A stretch of 64,000 bases of DNA from Yuukianura sp. NJ FZ-2021. Lineage: Eukaryota. Both the position numbers and the translations under genes were made by a program. The stretch is taken from assembly GCA_046563655.1 (NCBI GenBank), contig CM102285.1, positions 3,162,001 to 3,226,000 of the forward strand. The letters are read 5' to 3'. The number at the start of each line of letters is the position of its first letter. The first letter of the stretch is position 1. The notes beneath the pieces were generated by a model that saw nothing but the letters and a program-made list of their open reading frames with translations, did no database searches and had not been told where the DNA came from. Below are positions 49,101 to 62,283 of the stretch, piece by piece.

Positions 49101-52100
49101 CCTCATCTACACTCCATCCGGGGGAATTTTAAATTCTCTTATTCCTTTGTTACCACTACATCTCATAATTACTTACAAAAAAAAAACTAACGTAAACCCA
49201 ACTTTAAAAAACAATTATACCTAACTTCCCCCTGCTCTTATACGTGTCTATTAATAAGAAACTTGGGTGACCCCGACCCCCTATACAGAGGTCACACAAT
49301 TTCATAATTCATATCTTGTTATAACCTGGAACAAAAAAAAAGTGAAGCCTCTGAATGTTGAAAAACTGAAGACTTTTTTTAAAAAAATGACTTGAATGAT
49401 TTACAATGACACTTTCTTCCTCTGCCACAATCCACACCTCCATAAATCTTGTGCACTTCACCCTACCTTTAAACCGAATGTAGTTCGTAGTTAGAATGTA
49501 GTGTGAGACACTTTGTGGCAAGTGATGACAAATTCGTTCCAGCTACAGTCGATTGCCGATGACCTCACGGGTGAAGTGGAAATGAGGAACAAGGGGGGAC
49601 TTCAACCTTGGCATCTTAGACAACCGAATCATAATTACAAGACACACTCTGTTACTTTACCACTCACAACTATTAAGGAGTCCTAGGGTTACTCAAAATT
49701 TTGAAAAATAGACCCTAGACTTGCTGCTGAACAAAAGTATTTAAGGAACTTTCAGAATTTTCAAAAACCCATTTTTCAAAGTCAGCACCTAACCTTTTCA
49801 AAATTTCCAAACTCAGCGCCTGTCAAGTCAATTATTTCAAGCATCCTACTTTCACTTGTCATCGACTCAACAAAAACTTGTAACTTTGCGACTGATTCAT
49901 GCGGGAATTTCAAATGACTAACGTCAACATCGCAAAAGATGTCAAAGATAATTCACTAATATGCATTTTAGCGGGAACTGAAAAGTAAAAACGGAATTCC
50001 GCTTTTAATTCCAAGCAAATCCTAACAAACAATCTGTTAATTTCTTCTTTTTTTGAAATTGAAAAACATTTTAAACATTTTGGGTTTTGTTCAAAAACTC
50101 CACACAAGTTTCGTTCATTTTGTCTTCGGACTCTTATAAACTCTGGAGTGGTTTTAGGACGGATGTTGTGCTTGGTGGTTGTTCATTATGAAGATTTGGG
50201 ATCTTGTCGGGTCATTTCCGATTCCTTTCTAGAAAACAGCTTAGGCGGATCTTACTGACAATGTATGTTAGGTGGGTTTTGGTTTGACAGTTAAGGAGCC
50301 CTACCTACTTTCGCTACTCCGATTAATTCAGTGGACCGTATTACACAAGAAAGCTAAAGAGGAACCTAGCGTTAAGTCCAAAAGTGGTGCCCACCATGCA
50401 ATGTAAAACCAATGTCAACAAAAGTAATTAGTTTTAACTCAACCAAAACACTTTAACCTAACAAGCACACAAGCTTCTTTTCTGCCCCTGTCGTCACAAT
50501 GCGAAACTTTGAGAAATACTAACGGAAGCCATGACAAGTCATCTTACATCTTCCACATTTTCTTGTTTGTTCAAAACTACAAAGCGTTTTAAAATTAAAA
50601 AAAACGTAGCAATTTTTTAATTTGAATAAGACAAGAGCTTCTTTTTTTCAAATTTTGGGAAGGAATTAAGAATTTTGGAGTATCAATTCCCAGAGTTTAA
50701 AATTTGTGAATTTTTTAAAGGTTTTTTAAATTTTTGTTTACATGCAACGCACACAGTTACAAATTGTAATTGTAAAATTGTAATTTGTAACTTACAATTT
50801 CATAAGAAACACGAAATATTTGGAAAGTTGTGTTAGTAGGATGGATTTTGTTCACGAACTCTTCCATATGGGCGTTCACTTGTAAATTTGATGACAGCTT
50901 AAATCTTCCCAATTTTACCCAAAAAAAAATTTGGCTCCTTAAAATTGTTAACAAAAAGCCAATCATTGCGCATGTCATCAACACCAATTAGCCAAAAAAT
51001 TAGAAACCCATGCTTGTTCTGTTCAGAAGAGAAACTGGTCAAATTAAGTTAAAAGTTAACCACTTTGGCTTTGTACTAGAACTAAAAATGAAAAGACAGA
51101 AGGGCTGTAGTTGAAGGGTGGAAAATTGTACAAATTTGCCCATCATCTTCCCTTGTCACATTTTACAGAAGACTAATTCTTGTCACAGCCACAATTACTA
51201 GTCCTGTCTCTCCACCCTAGAATTAAACCCACCAGTTTCTACTTTCACCACCACAGTATTTCCGCCTACACGCGCAAAAAAAGAGAAATGCGTCTGTTCC
51301 TAATGTTAACGAAAAAAGATTAGGTTTCAAAAGTTAGTCACTTATAAAAACAAGGTTGAACCAGTCTCATCAACCACATGACATCTTCATACTTACTACT
51401 AAATACTGCCAGTACTCAACATTTTGATACCGTGAGATAGTAAAATGAAAATTTCCAGAATGATTCATTATGAAACTATGAAATATGAAGAAAAATCTGA
51501 GAGTTATTACTAAAAAAAAGTAAAATTTTACAACTTTAATACCTATAGCTCAGACCCAATTTAGAACAAAAGTGAAACTTAAAGGTTTGTTTTGAAAAGT
51601 TTATTTTTGTTTACATGTAGACAAAAACCTTATGTATTGTTCTCTTCACTAAAAAATGACCTAGGCAAGGGCACCTATTGTTTAGGTGTACTATAGTATT
51701 GTCCACTGACTATTATTGACCGTTTCCCATCAATTACTTGTAACAATTGAAATTGAACCAAGATATGCGTCGGATGCGTCCATTCAATTTCTGTCTCTGG
51801 TTCAAGGTAAAAACAAATGCAGAAATGCACTTTTTGACATATATGTCCATTGTATTTGAATTGTGACACAAATGATGCAAAATGCTGCAACTAACAGAAA
51901 TTTAGACAAATACGTAGTAAATGCATAGGAAATATTCCATGTTTTAGAAATTTGTAGTTTTTAAAAACACGCCTCTTATAACAATATGAAGCAAAAAAAG
52001 CATCAAATTTCAAAAATGGAAAGAAACGTCGCACCTCATTCCGAGTTTTTTGAACCTCTTTTTTAAATCTGAGGAAGAAAAAGCTGCTAGTTTCTTCAAG

Positions 52101-55100
52101 TGTGAAATTGATTATTAGGGAAGTTATAGGCTTTTTTACGAGTGCTTTTCCTCTGGTTCTGTCAAAGAAGCGCTACCGCCTTAATTACGGTCCGGCACTA
52201 GTGACGAAGCACTATTAAATTCAATTGCCGCCATTAAACGCTGGTCGCTTTGCGGTTCAACACTTTACGCGCAGTCGTAGTCGTATTTTACTATGGTTGC
52301 AACTCATTCCGCCTAATTTGAATGTACTTGCGCAGTCTACCGGTTTGATAGCACTGACGGGAATAGCGGCCTCCAATTGTCAACTCCGTTCCACAATTTT
52401 CAAAAATTCTACTTCTAAAATTGTCGTCAAAACTTTTCAAAATCATGATCTTACAATGATTGGGGTAAATTTTCACATAATTTTTCAAATTTGCGGGTAA
52501 AATTGTGACTGACTACATTTGAAAAGTTTTTTTCTAAGTGCTCAGCTAATTTTTATAACAGGAAACAGAATTACGTTAAAAACATTTTAAATTTTGATTA
52601 AAAATGAATATTTTCATGTAAAAAAAACAATAATTGATCACTGGCGCAAAATTTTGAACTTTTTATGAAATTTTGATACATACATCAATTGACTTTAAAG
52701 TTGTCATTAAACCTCCTTCCGTTTGGGCTATTCGTAAAAACGCTTTGAAAGAGTAGTTTTGTACTCTTGACCTTATTTGCAACCTGGCATTAATTCCGGT
52801 TGAGCTTTAATTTGAGAGTAGATAATTAATAATTTTTAATAGGCCAAGTGCAAGTGTACGCAGCCTTAAACAGTCTGAGTGGATCAGTTTAGCTCTCTTT
52901 TCCTTGATTTTGTGCCCCACCGAACGCTGAATGCTGTGTCCTGTCAAACGTAACTGAAGGCTAATCTATGCATGTCCACTGCTCAAACGTACTGAGCATT
53001 AGCGTATGCCCCAACCTAACCTAGTCGTACTTGAAAAAGACAAGAAAACTGTCGAGCTAAGGTGGACACTGAGGTCAACTGAGGAAAACCTCGTTTCTAC
53101 TTCACCGGTCAAGCCAAGCCAATGAGTCAAGGGAGATAAGTGAGAGGATGGGGACTGTGACGAACCTCGTGTCACAAAGGAAACGACGACAAACCACTTT
53201 TGCAAATTTCAAATTTGCAATTTCGCCAATTTCTTAGAAATCGTTTTTAGCCTGCCCACCAACTGCCAAGAACGCAACTTTTTTTTTCAATTTTGAAACT
53301 GCAGTTTTGGTTTTGAACGTAGCAGAAGAAATTCTAGAACGCTTCTGTTTTAATGGATTTCTTAGAACACGCGTCTGCTAGAAATTCGAAACCAAAAGGG
53401 CGCCACTTTTCAAAATGAATGACACAAGCTAATCAATGGGCTTCAATTTTCTAAGAAGAAGAGAGCCTAAACATAACGTGAAGCCAATTCCCGATGAAAG
53501 TGATGCCCCAAATGAAAGTAAAAAAAGAAGTTAATTGGTCTTTTGCCAGATCTTTATGTCCATCATCGTTATACAAACTGGTGTTACGCATGCGCGTTAT
53601 GGTTAAGTTGGTTAACCTAACTAAAACCTTATTCGTGGAAATTTTAGACCTAAAAAGTGAAGAAATTTAACAAGGTTCGCGTAATACACCAACGGATGCA
53701 ATCAAAATCGGAAAGATGAGCACGAAAAGTCATTAAGTACGTGAGTGACACTAAACTTAATTTTAATTGTAATTAGTTAGTTTTTGCACACACATAACGG
53801 ACGTTCCAATTTCCAATTAGAGCTCAATTTAGGAAGTTACAACCAAACATTGTGTGTCCTCCTGCGCAAAGCACCGTGTGAATCAGGATCATTCCTTTCA
53901 CAAAATATTGAAAACGTAAAACTGGTTTCACTTCCCATTTCCTCACCCCAACTAGTCTTAAAAAACTCAACACTTTCTTCAAATTGTTAACTCGAAGAGG
54001 ATTTTCCTACCTTCTTTTTTTTTCCTTATGGTAGTTGTATATGTTTAACAAAAGAAATTTGAGGCGTCTCTGAGATATAAACCGTTTACAACAAATTTAT
54101 TGTTATATTTTGACACTCCCTGGTGTGCCGTTAATTCAACAGGAAAAACAAACAACATCACTTTTCCCTTTTTATGCCGACCACCACCAGTATTTCTCTT
54201 TCTACCAAAATTTCATAGGTTTCACAAAAATCCGTTTCAGAAATTTTCCAAAAACTTCGCTCTTTCATAAAATCCAAATTTGAATACCATACTTCTTGAA
54301 AGTGGAAGAAAAGCTTCGAACTTACTAACTTTTATAAGAGAAAACGTCGTATACAAAAAATTGCTTCAATTTTTATAGACTAAAACAGAGTTGCAGGACT
54401 CAAATTTTTTTAGGTATAAAAAATGTAACCGGCAAACATGTTTTGATTCACTCAGGCTAAAATCTACATTCAAAAAATATTGGGACTCAAAACTTGAGGA
54501 GCAAAAAACAACAGAAATTTTAAAAACCAAACGAAATTAAATTTTTCATATACAAACTCGAACCTAAACTTCAAGAGATCAAAATTCGGATTTCAAAACA
54601 GACTTCACAGTGTGCTTGAAAATTAAAAAAAAACAGTTAAAAATAACAAAAATGGTTTTGCAAAGCCTTTGACCTCCTGAACATAAAAATATACAGGAAG
54701 AACATTAGGTCAAGACTAGAATTGAAACGAATTCAACAATGACGGAAAGGACTTTTCAACTTGACGCCTTTTCCTCCTCTGCGTATACCGTACACCATGA
54801 CGGCCATAATCAACGCGCAAACAGTTTACGATCTAACACCACTACTGGATTCAAAAATTCAAGATCACCGGAAACATTAACTTTAGTACGGTTCTATGGA
54901 CATGACCATCCGCCTTCCACAAGTCACCTACCAACAAAACATCAATCACTGTACTCCACTTGAGGAATCAATGAACATAAAGTTAACCTAACATCAAGTT
55001 AACCTGCAATTTAATGGAAATCCTATCCCAATAGCTCGGGAGACACTCATTTCCTGTTTTTATTTTGATATCTTCACTTGCCAGTACTTAAAGTAGAGTT

Positions 55101-57553
55101 AGCACACACCTTCCCGTGTAGCCAGTAATTAAAACTGAATCTCACTTCCTCTTCTCTCCATCCGTCGTCAATCTTGTTCTTCTTTGCAAGAAATAAATAA
55201 AAAATTAGTTAGCAAATTGCTTTTGTTTCAAATTAATAGTTTTATTTTAATGGGAAACCGTGACTCTACTGACTTTCTAACGTTTTGTCCGGAAGATGCG
55301 AAAATTGAAACGGATGGAAGCGTGATTAAGTTCGGAAACTGGAGGAGAGACATACTACACACTTTAATAGCTCAAAAAAAAACGAATAGGTTACTGAAGA
55401 CGAACTGAGGAGAGCGGAAGTTCATCAAATTCAATTTTTTTTAAGTTGAATTTTCCCTCCACCCTAACGGTTCAATGGCGCTATCAACATCAATCTTCTC
55501 ATCATCCAACAACCCTCGTTAAAGTTAGCACAAAGAATTAAAAACCAACTTACACACACAGCTTAACTTACTTTTTCAAATTGGGTTAGGAAGGAACTTG
55601 TTCAAAAGACAACAAAAAAAGAACAATTAGGTTTAAACGTGTAGTTTTTTTATGATTACAAATTTTATGGAAAAAGTAAACCGAAAATTTCTTTTGGCAA
55701 AAAAACTTAGTTTTTGTAAAAAAAAATTTACTAATTTTGCAAATTATGTTTGGAGCAACAAGAAAACGAAAATTTTTTCATGCAACAAACCTCAAACGGC
55801 CTAAAATAATGGCGAAAATAAACTTTTGTTTTGCTCAATTTAGAGATTGGAACCTTTGATATAAAACAATTTCGCATAATAAGCAACAACATTCAACAAA
55901 TTAGTGCAAGAATTGCGCAAAACGCTTGCGATAAAATACAAAAAACCATTCGAAAATGCTAAACTCGTAAAATTGGAAAACTGAAAGCTTTCCACAGAAA
56001 ACTCAAATACGTTTTGAAAGCGTGTCGAAAATATAACAAATTCTTCAAAATATTTATGATTTTACTAACAATTTAAAATTAAAAAAAACGCACAGATCTT
56101 GAGTATTTAAATGTAAAATTTGAATTTTTGCAAATTTTTAAAATTGCGAAAAAAAATTCACCGTAAAACCACTTAAACTGTAGCTCGGGATTAGCCAAGC
56201 ATTAAAACAAAAATAAAAGTCCAAACGAAAAAGTGCTTCAATTTCTGCCACGTTCTGCATGGAATAGTTTTTGTGCCTAAAAGCAAATGAACTTTTTGAG
56301 TGAGTTTGTAACTTTTTAAAAAATTAGTTTAACAAAAAAAATGTTAAGTGCTAATTTTTCACCATCCCAAATTCAAATTCCTTTCCACCAAGACCTTGAA
56401 ATTGACTATGTTTTTGTTTCAACAAATAATGGCTCTACTTCGTTGGCTTGCTTATAAATATTTTTTACGGAATTAGTTTTTGCTAAAGTATTATTCAAGT
56501 GTTAAGGTGAGCAGCATAAGCTGTGCAACGGTGCAAGTAATCAGAGGAGCATAAATCCTCATTAGCGTTGTGTAATCTCATGCACTTATCCCATCCTCCT
56601 TTACTTTTTTAAAAACTCTACCTCCAAGAGAGCCTAGTCTACGATACTTATCGCTCTAAAATCTAGTTTAGCACAAACTTTTAGCAATATTAGCTCACGC
56701 CTAATTTTATGGACTCACTTAATCACCAATCACTTCTGGCCTAATTTACATTTAAAAATTCCAAGCGCCATTTTAGAAAGTTCGAATTCCTAAGGCCTCT
56801 GGAACGCGATTTCTAAAGTGAAATTGAAATTTCCAAAAATCTGAGTCACCTCACGAGAAAGTTTCTAAAAAAATTGGACAGCTCTTCTATTGCGCTTCTT
56901 GGAGCATAAATTCAGGCTTAAAATCAAATTTGATGCAAAAATTCCATATTTGAAAATGAAATTTTGAAAAATAAGCTGAAAAAAGTTATTGAAAAGGAAA
57001 ATTCAGGCTTACCTAGCATCTTGCTCAGATCTGCATTGTGCAAATCCGGATTTTCGTCTGCCAGGCGCTTTCTCTCCACTTTTGCCCAAACCATGAAAGC
57101 ATTCATGGGTCGTCGGATTCTCTGTTCCTTCTTGGGCTTTTCCGTGACAGGGCCATTGGGCAGCATTTGATGATGATTGTGCATCATGCCATTGAGTTGA
57201 CCCAGACCATGGACTGTTGACCGTAAGTCGGAAGAGTGAAGCTGGGAATGGGCCATATCCGCACTTCGACTGCCCAGTCCGTTTTGATGATGTTGATGCA
57301 TAAGGGATGGGGATGAATGTTGATGTTGGGGAGGCGGAGACCAGTCGTCCATGATCGTCCCTGCGGAAATACCCGGGTGATAACTTTGATTTTGCTGATG
57401 CAAGTAGGCCTGTTCCAGCGTTGTGTAGTTTGAACCTCCTCCTCCTGTTCCAGAAATCCTGCCTCCCGTAGAATTGGAGTTGCCCGTTGCAGGAGTAAGA
57501 GCGTTACCGAGGAGGTTGAACCCGAATTCGGATTTTATTGAAAACTCCTCCAT
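29426..57553 (-). CDS. SoxF: SoxF-group HMG-box transcription factor (Sox7/17/18; fly Sox15-like), ~584 aa
   Basis: Exons 57553-57013, 30832-30521, 30327-29426 (phase 1 joins, 1755 nt). The HMG box [80 protein letters not shown] is joined across a 26,180-nt intron. The SoxF motif [10 protein letters not shown] is present. Confidence 0.92.
42371..43143 (-). mobile_element. Non-autonomous Helentron/DINE-1-like element, copy 2 (in the SoxF intron)
   Basis: Shares the core ACAAAAGTTGTT...GATGAACAACTTTTGT.GAGGTCATTTT...TTGACCTTGACCTTTGACCCGG with copy 1. Also has a (CAGA)n tract at ~43063-43106, a perfect 12-bp-stem hairpin TTATTAAATAGC-TTTC-GCTATTTAATAA (43116-43143), and hairpin CGGTT-GTA-AACCG (42372-42384) at the other end. 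Confidence 0.65.
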
Positions 57554-60500
57554 GATTCTTCTGCGCAACTCCGAACTTCAGCACGGTTCAGCTCACCAGC
57601 AAAGCGTTATTGGCCTCCGCTTTTCGAACAACGGAGAAACCGAAATTTTTGAATTTCTTAGAGTTTTTTGACGGCAGATGGTGAGTTGCTATTCCAGAAG
57701 AATTCGAAGTGTGACCTTTGACCCGCCAGACGAAGCGGGAGTTTTCAAATCTGTGTAACTTGCACAATAACTTGCTGAAAACTTGATTAAGGTGAGTTTG
57801 AGTCTGTTGCTCCAAATAACTACGAGGTTCGTTTGCGTGCAATAAAACTTCCAATGGAAAGCGAGCGATGACGTTGATTTTTAGTATGTCACGCGGGCGG
57901 TTAGTTGTTTCGCTGGTCGGAGTTGGAAATGAGGCTTCCAGGGTCTTCGTAAACACTGATCCATTTGTCCCTAGGGACCAACAATTAAAACAATTAACTG
58001 TCAATTAACAATTAGAAAGTGTGTGTTTTATTGTTCTTGAGCTGTCGAGGTTTTCAAAGGCTTAACAAGCACAGACACACCGTGTCTCTGATATTTCCAA
58101 AGTAGGAATGAATTGTCTCTGGCTGTTGTTTGTTACGTTTGGCAGGAAACTAAGAGGTAAAAGAGGAGAAAAGAGTATCTCCCCTTGCGTTTTTAGATTG
58201 AAAATGAAGCTTACCAAACCACCTAAAGAGCAGGTGAGTCCAATGTTAAGTTATACTCCACCACGGTACCAATTTTTTTCATATCATCGGTTGAAACCAC
58301 CTCCTCCACTTGAAAAGTTTAGTAGTGTTTAGTGTACAAGGGTAGAAAAATGCTTTTCAAATTCTCCCCGGCATCGCTTCCTAAAAAAAAACAACAGTCC
58401 ATCAAAAAGTGGCATTTATATCCAGCAGGACCGAAAGTGACACTCGCAGCTCTCGCATCTGTGTCACTCCAGTCCAGCTTCAACATGGGACATGCCACTT
58501 AAACTTCGTGTTGGCAAAATTTGTGGTCGTTGTGTATAAACCTGACTCGCCACAGTCGCTCACCTAATTTTTGGTAATAGCACTTCATCTTGTGACTTGG
58601 CGAACCAGAATGTTGCACGAGAACAGCGTCAGTTGATCTCCAGTTTTCCAAAACCTGTTGAATCTCCTTCCAAAGGCATAAAGTTCGTAGGGAAGCTTCA
58701 CATCTTCAAAGACGAGGTCAATAACTGATAAGGGCAGCTTTGGTCACGTCTTGAAAACAGTTCCTTTGCCTTGTTCATGTTGTAACTTAAACCCAGCGTC
58801 AATAAATCCTGGTTTAACGATGACGACGACCGACCGTGAGAGTCCCATGTTCTAAAAATAGATTCAACTTGGAGCATTTTTTCGATAAAACGACTAAAAA
58901 TACTGAAAAGAAGTAAAATTTTTGTTAACATACCCGAGCCATCCACCGCAGCAGCAGCAGCCTTTGACCTTGACCTTTCCTTTGCCCCTGCATTTTTTCC
59001 AAATTTTGAAGTATTCTACAACGACGGATTCTGGAAAAGTGCATGGTGTAGGCGTCAGTATTCGAAAGTACTAAAAATTGAAGAAGATCGTGGCGTGTAA
59101 TAATAAAAGTAAAGAGCAATTTGTTCAGGTATTTAGGATCATACTAGAGATTGAGAAAATAACACAGCGAAAGCATTGGTTGCACTGGATTTTGAGGTCC
59201 CATCAAATTTAGCAAAGTACTAAATGGTGTGTTTTAAATAAATAAAAACCATGGTTCAGGCAGGGATGAAGCATAAACGGCAAAAAGCTGCACGCAGAGA
59301 AAGGAGGCAAAAAATTCTTATTTTATTTGCAATTTATGCTCGTAAAATATTAGTTTAAGAGTTTTGAAAAATAATTCTATAGACCACAAAAATCGTGTAA
59401 GACGAGATTTAAGAGCCTCTCATCCCCATGCACTTCAAAAAACTCGTAAGTGATTTAACGTATTCGGAAAGAACGAAACCCTCAGTCATGAGTTCGCCTC
59501 AACTGTCAACATCACATTTCAGAATCAATAGCTTAGAAACGACTGAATTTAGCAAAATTTTCACTCATAAACCTAACATAACAAATGCATAACATAACAT
59601 TACTTTTACTTATAATTTTAGGCGTGAAAAGTTTCCGATTAAACAAAAAGAAACAGATAGGCAGCACAGTGCAAATTGCGTAGAAATAAAATTTTTCGAA
59701 CTTTAGTTCCGTCAGTATCAGCGCATGCGCTCAGCGCTTGCTGTTGTTTCTGCTTGTTTTCACACCCTGAAACAAAAGTGCTAAATTTCAATTTCCAACG
59801 TGGACTTTGAGGAAAAATTCAATTTATGCAAGAACCTGAATTCGTTTCGTTCATAATTTTCTGCGGTTGAGGAGAGTAATTAAAAGTGACAAGGAGGAAG
59901 TGTTAGATGGCAGAGATTTTGAAAAATAATAACGAACTGTGTGAAAACTAAAAATACGATATATTCATAACTAAAGTTAAGTACGGAGGATGAAAGCTTC
60001 CTTCTTCCTCTTAAAACGTATTCCAACCCCGGAGATGAAGAGGGGTAATAATTACTAACCAGAGTGTAGCATGTCCTCCTCATAATTATACGCTACGCTA
60101 TGAAAAAAGTATTAAATAAAGCAATTCCAGTTCTAATTAAAACTGGAATTTCAACATGATAAATTGGTGGTAATTAATGCTTAACACCTTGTCTCATTTC
60201 CATCAGCCACGGATACAAATCAATCACGACACGTTTTTGTTTGAAATAAGCATTCGTGCAATTTTCTTCAAATTGAAAAAAAAACGAAAATCGAATGAAA
60301 AAAAACTACGAAAGCTTTACTTCATGTACATCGCGGCATCTTTCGCTACTTACTGCCTACCCCCGGTTTACAACCGTACGTTAAGTAGCGAAAGCTACAA
60401 CGTTATGATTTTTCATTATTTTGTGGCTTTGCGTCTGTTCCATTTCAAATCAAACTGGAAAAAATGCGAAATCAGGTTTTGGTAAAAGCAAATATTAAAC

Positions 60501-61737
60501 AACGATTTTAAACATTAAGAAAAATTAGGTTCAGATTTTAAATTCAAACAACCCAGAAAATAAAACGGAGCAATTAAATTCAATGAAGAGAAAAAACTAA
60601 CTTTCCTAAACAGAAAAAATTGAGTAATTTTTTTGTTTCATAAAGGAAAAGGGAGGATAACACCATTTTTTAACAAAGGTTAATTGCAGCTCCTCTTTAA
60701 TTATTTCTTGAACTTTGTTTCCATTATTACTTACAGTACTCCCGGTCTATTTGTCTAGGTTGTGTTATTGGTTTTTCCTCCCTGTGAACAAGTTTTATAC
60801 AAGGCTTTAATTATTTAAAAATTGGTTTTAATCATCACAGTTCCGCTACCTCTTCCCTACACCCAGTGACCTAACCACTTAACGGCATTGACTTCTACAG
60901 TGAGAAGAGCGGAAACGAATTTGGATTGTAAAATTCTTAAAAAGCAGAAGCATAATATGGAAATTGCAGTGGAGGACCGAGGGAAAGCGGAAGACAGTAG
61001 GACAGGTGAACCGTTTTAACAGGTTAGGGTAGGATCCCGAAGAAAGAAAATTTAAGTTTAAAAATGCTTCAACCCTTACGTTAAGGTGGACTCCAGAAAG
61101 AGACTCATTTCCGCTTGCTTCTACAGGGTGACATCCTTAATGCCAACGTATTAATACCATCATCATCATCGAAAAGGCGGGTCGGTATGAAATGAGCGGA
61201 CCCTCAAGTCATCATGAGAAATTGTGATCCCTGTACTGCTTAGTGTGATGTGAAAATAAAATAGAAATTAGCATTTAGAAAGACTCCCCCAAATGTATCA
61301 TGTGGAACAAAGAACTAAAGAACTAATGCCCGGTTTCATATCCGGTACTATCCGTTGAAACGTTGAAACCCTTCAGGTTTTTACTATTCTTCATTCATTT
61401 GGGTGAGTAGTTGTTCCGTTTCTTGGAGTAAGTCGATGTATTGGCTTGTGAATAAAAAGTTGAATTGGATTGGCTAGCTTTTGGTGGATGAGACCCCGTT
61501 GAATTAAGGCTTCCGTTCGCAATTCCGATACCCGCAGCAGTTGCAGTTCATCCGAATTGCCAAAAAGCTGTGACGAGATTGACCGTAAGAAATAGTTGCA
61601 AAGAGTCTGTGTACAGTAAAAATAACAAACGATTAAACTAATGGTTAAAATTAAGCTACCGTAACATGGATACCTCGATACCTGTAATGTAAATAACCAA
61701 GTAACAAGTAAAGCTCTTAACAGCGTGAATCACGTAC

Positions 61738-62087
61738 CGTTTGTAGCACGCATTACAGTAGATGTCATCCAGGGCACGATTCTCCTCCAGCCGGACACTG
61801 TCGAGATTTTTACCGCATGTCGCTAAAAACAACACCCCTAGAATTAGATTATCTCAAACAAGAGCTAAGGTCCTAAGGTCAACTGTAGATGAAGTTGTAC
61901 CAGCCGCTGGTAACCAGCTACCCTTGAAAATGGACCTAAACGGGCTACCGAACTAAGTAAGTTGATTACTGTACTGTAACGAAGCCTTACCACAATTGAA
62001 ACAACCCGGATGCCAGCTATGGTTCAGTGCTAGCTTCTCCTCTGCTGCAAATACTTGCTCCCCACATCGGTGACAGCTCCGAGGCAT
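61738..62087 (-). CDS. Single LIM-domain protein (CRIP / muscle LIM protein-like); 3' exons uncertain
   Basis: Exons 62087-61991 and 61822-61738 join in phase 1: MPRSCHRCGEQVFAAEEKLALNHSWHPGCFNCATCGKNLDSVRLEENRALDDIYCNACYKR, a complete C2-H-C5 LIM pattern with the CRP-like V(Y/F)AAEE. Confidence 0.8.
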
Positions 62088-62283
62088 GACAAGTGTAACT
62101 GGAATATCGTTTGAAGCCAAGAAAATAAAAACAAGGGCGTTGCGGAAATTGACGACGATGAAATAAATGAAAGGAAACAAAGAAATAGAAAATGAACGAG
62201 CCAAGATGCCAAGAACCATAGGCAGAGGAAGTACAGATAAGGTTGAAGTAAAGCGAACCTCGAGCAGTTGTAACCACGCGTTA

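Noticed and set aside
57588..58004. 138-aa ORF upstream of SoxF
   Set aside because: Non-ATG start, stops before the SoxF start, no homology recognised; probably 5' UTR or promoter.
58722..58734. AACTGATAAGGGC matches the 3' half of miR-184
   Set aside because: The 5' seed half (TGGACGGAG) is absent and no precursor hairpin is evident.
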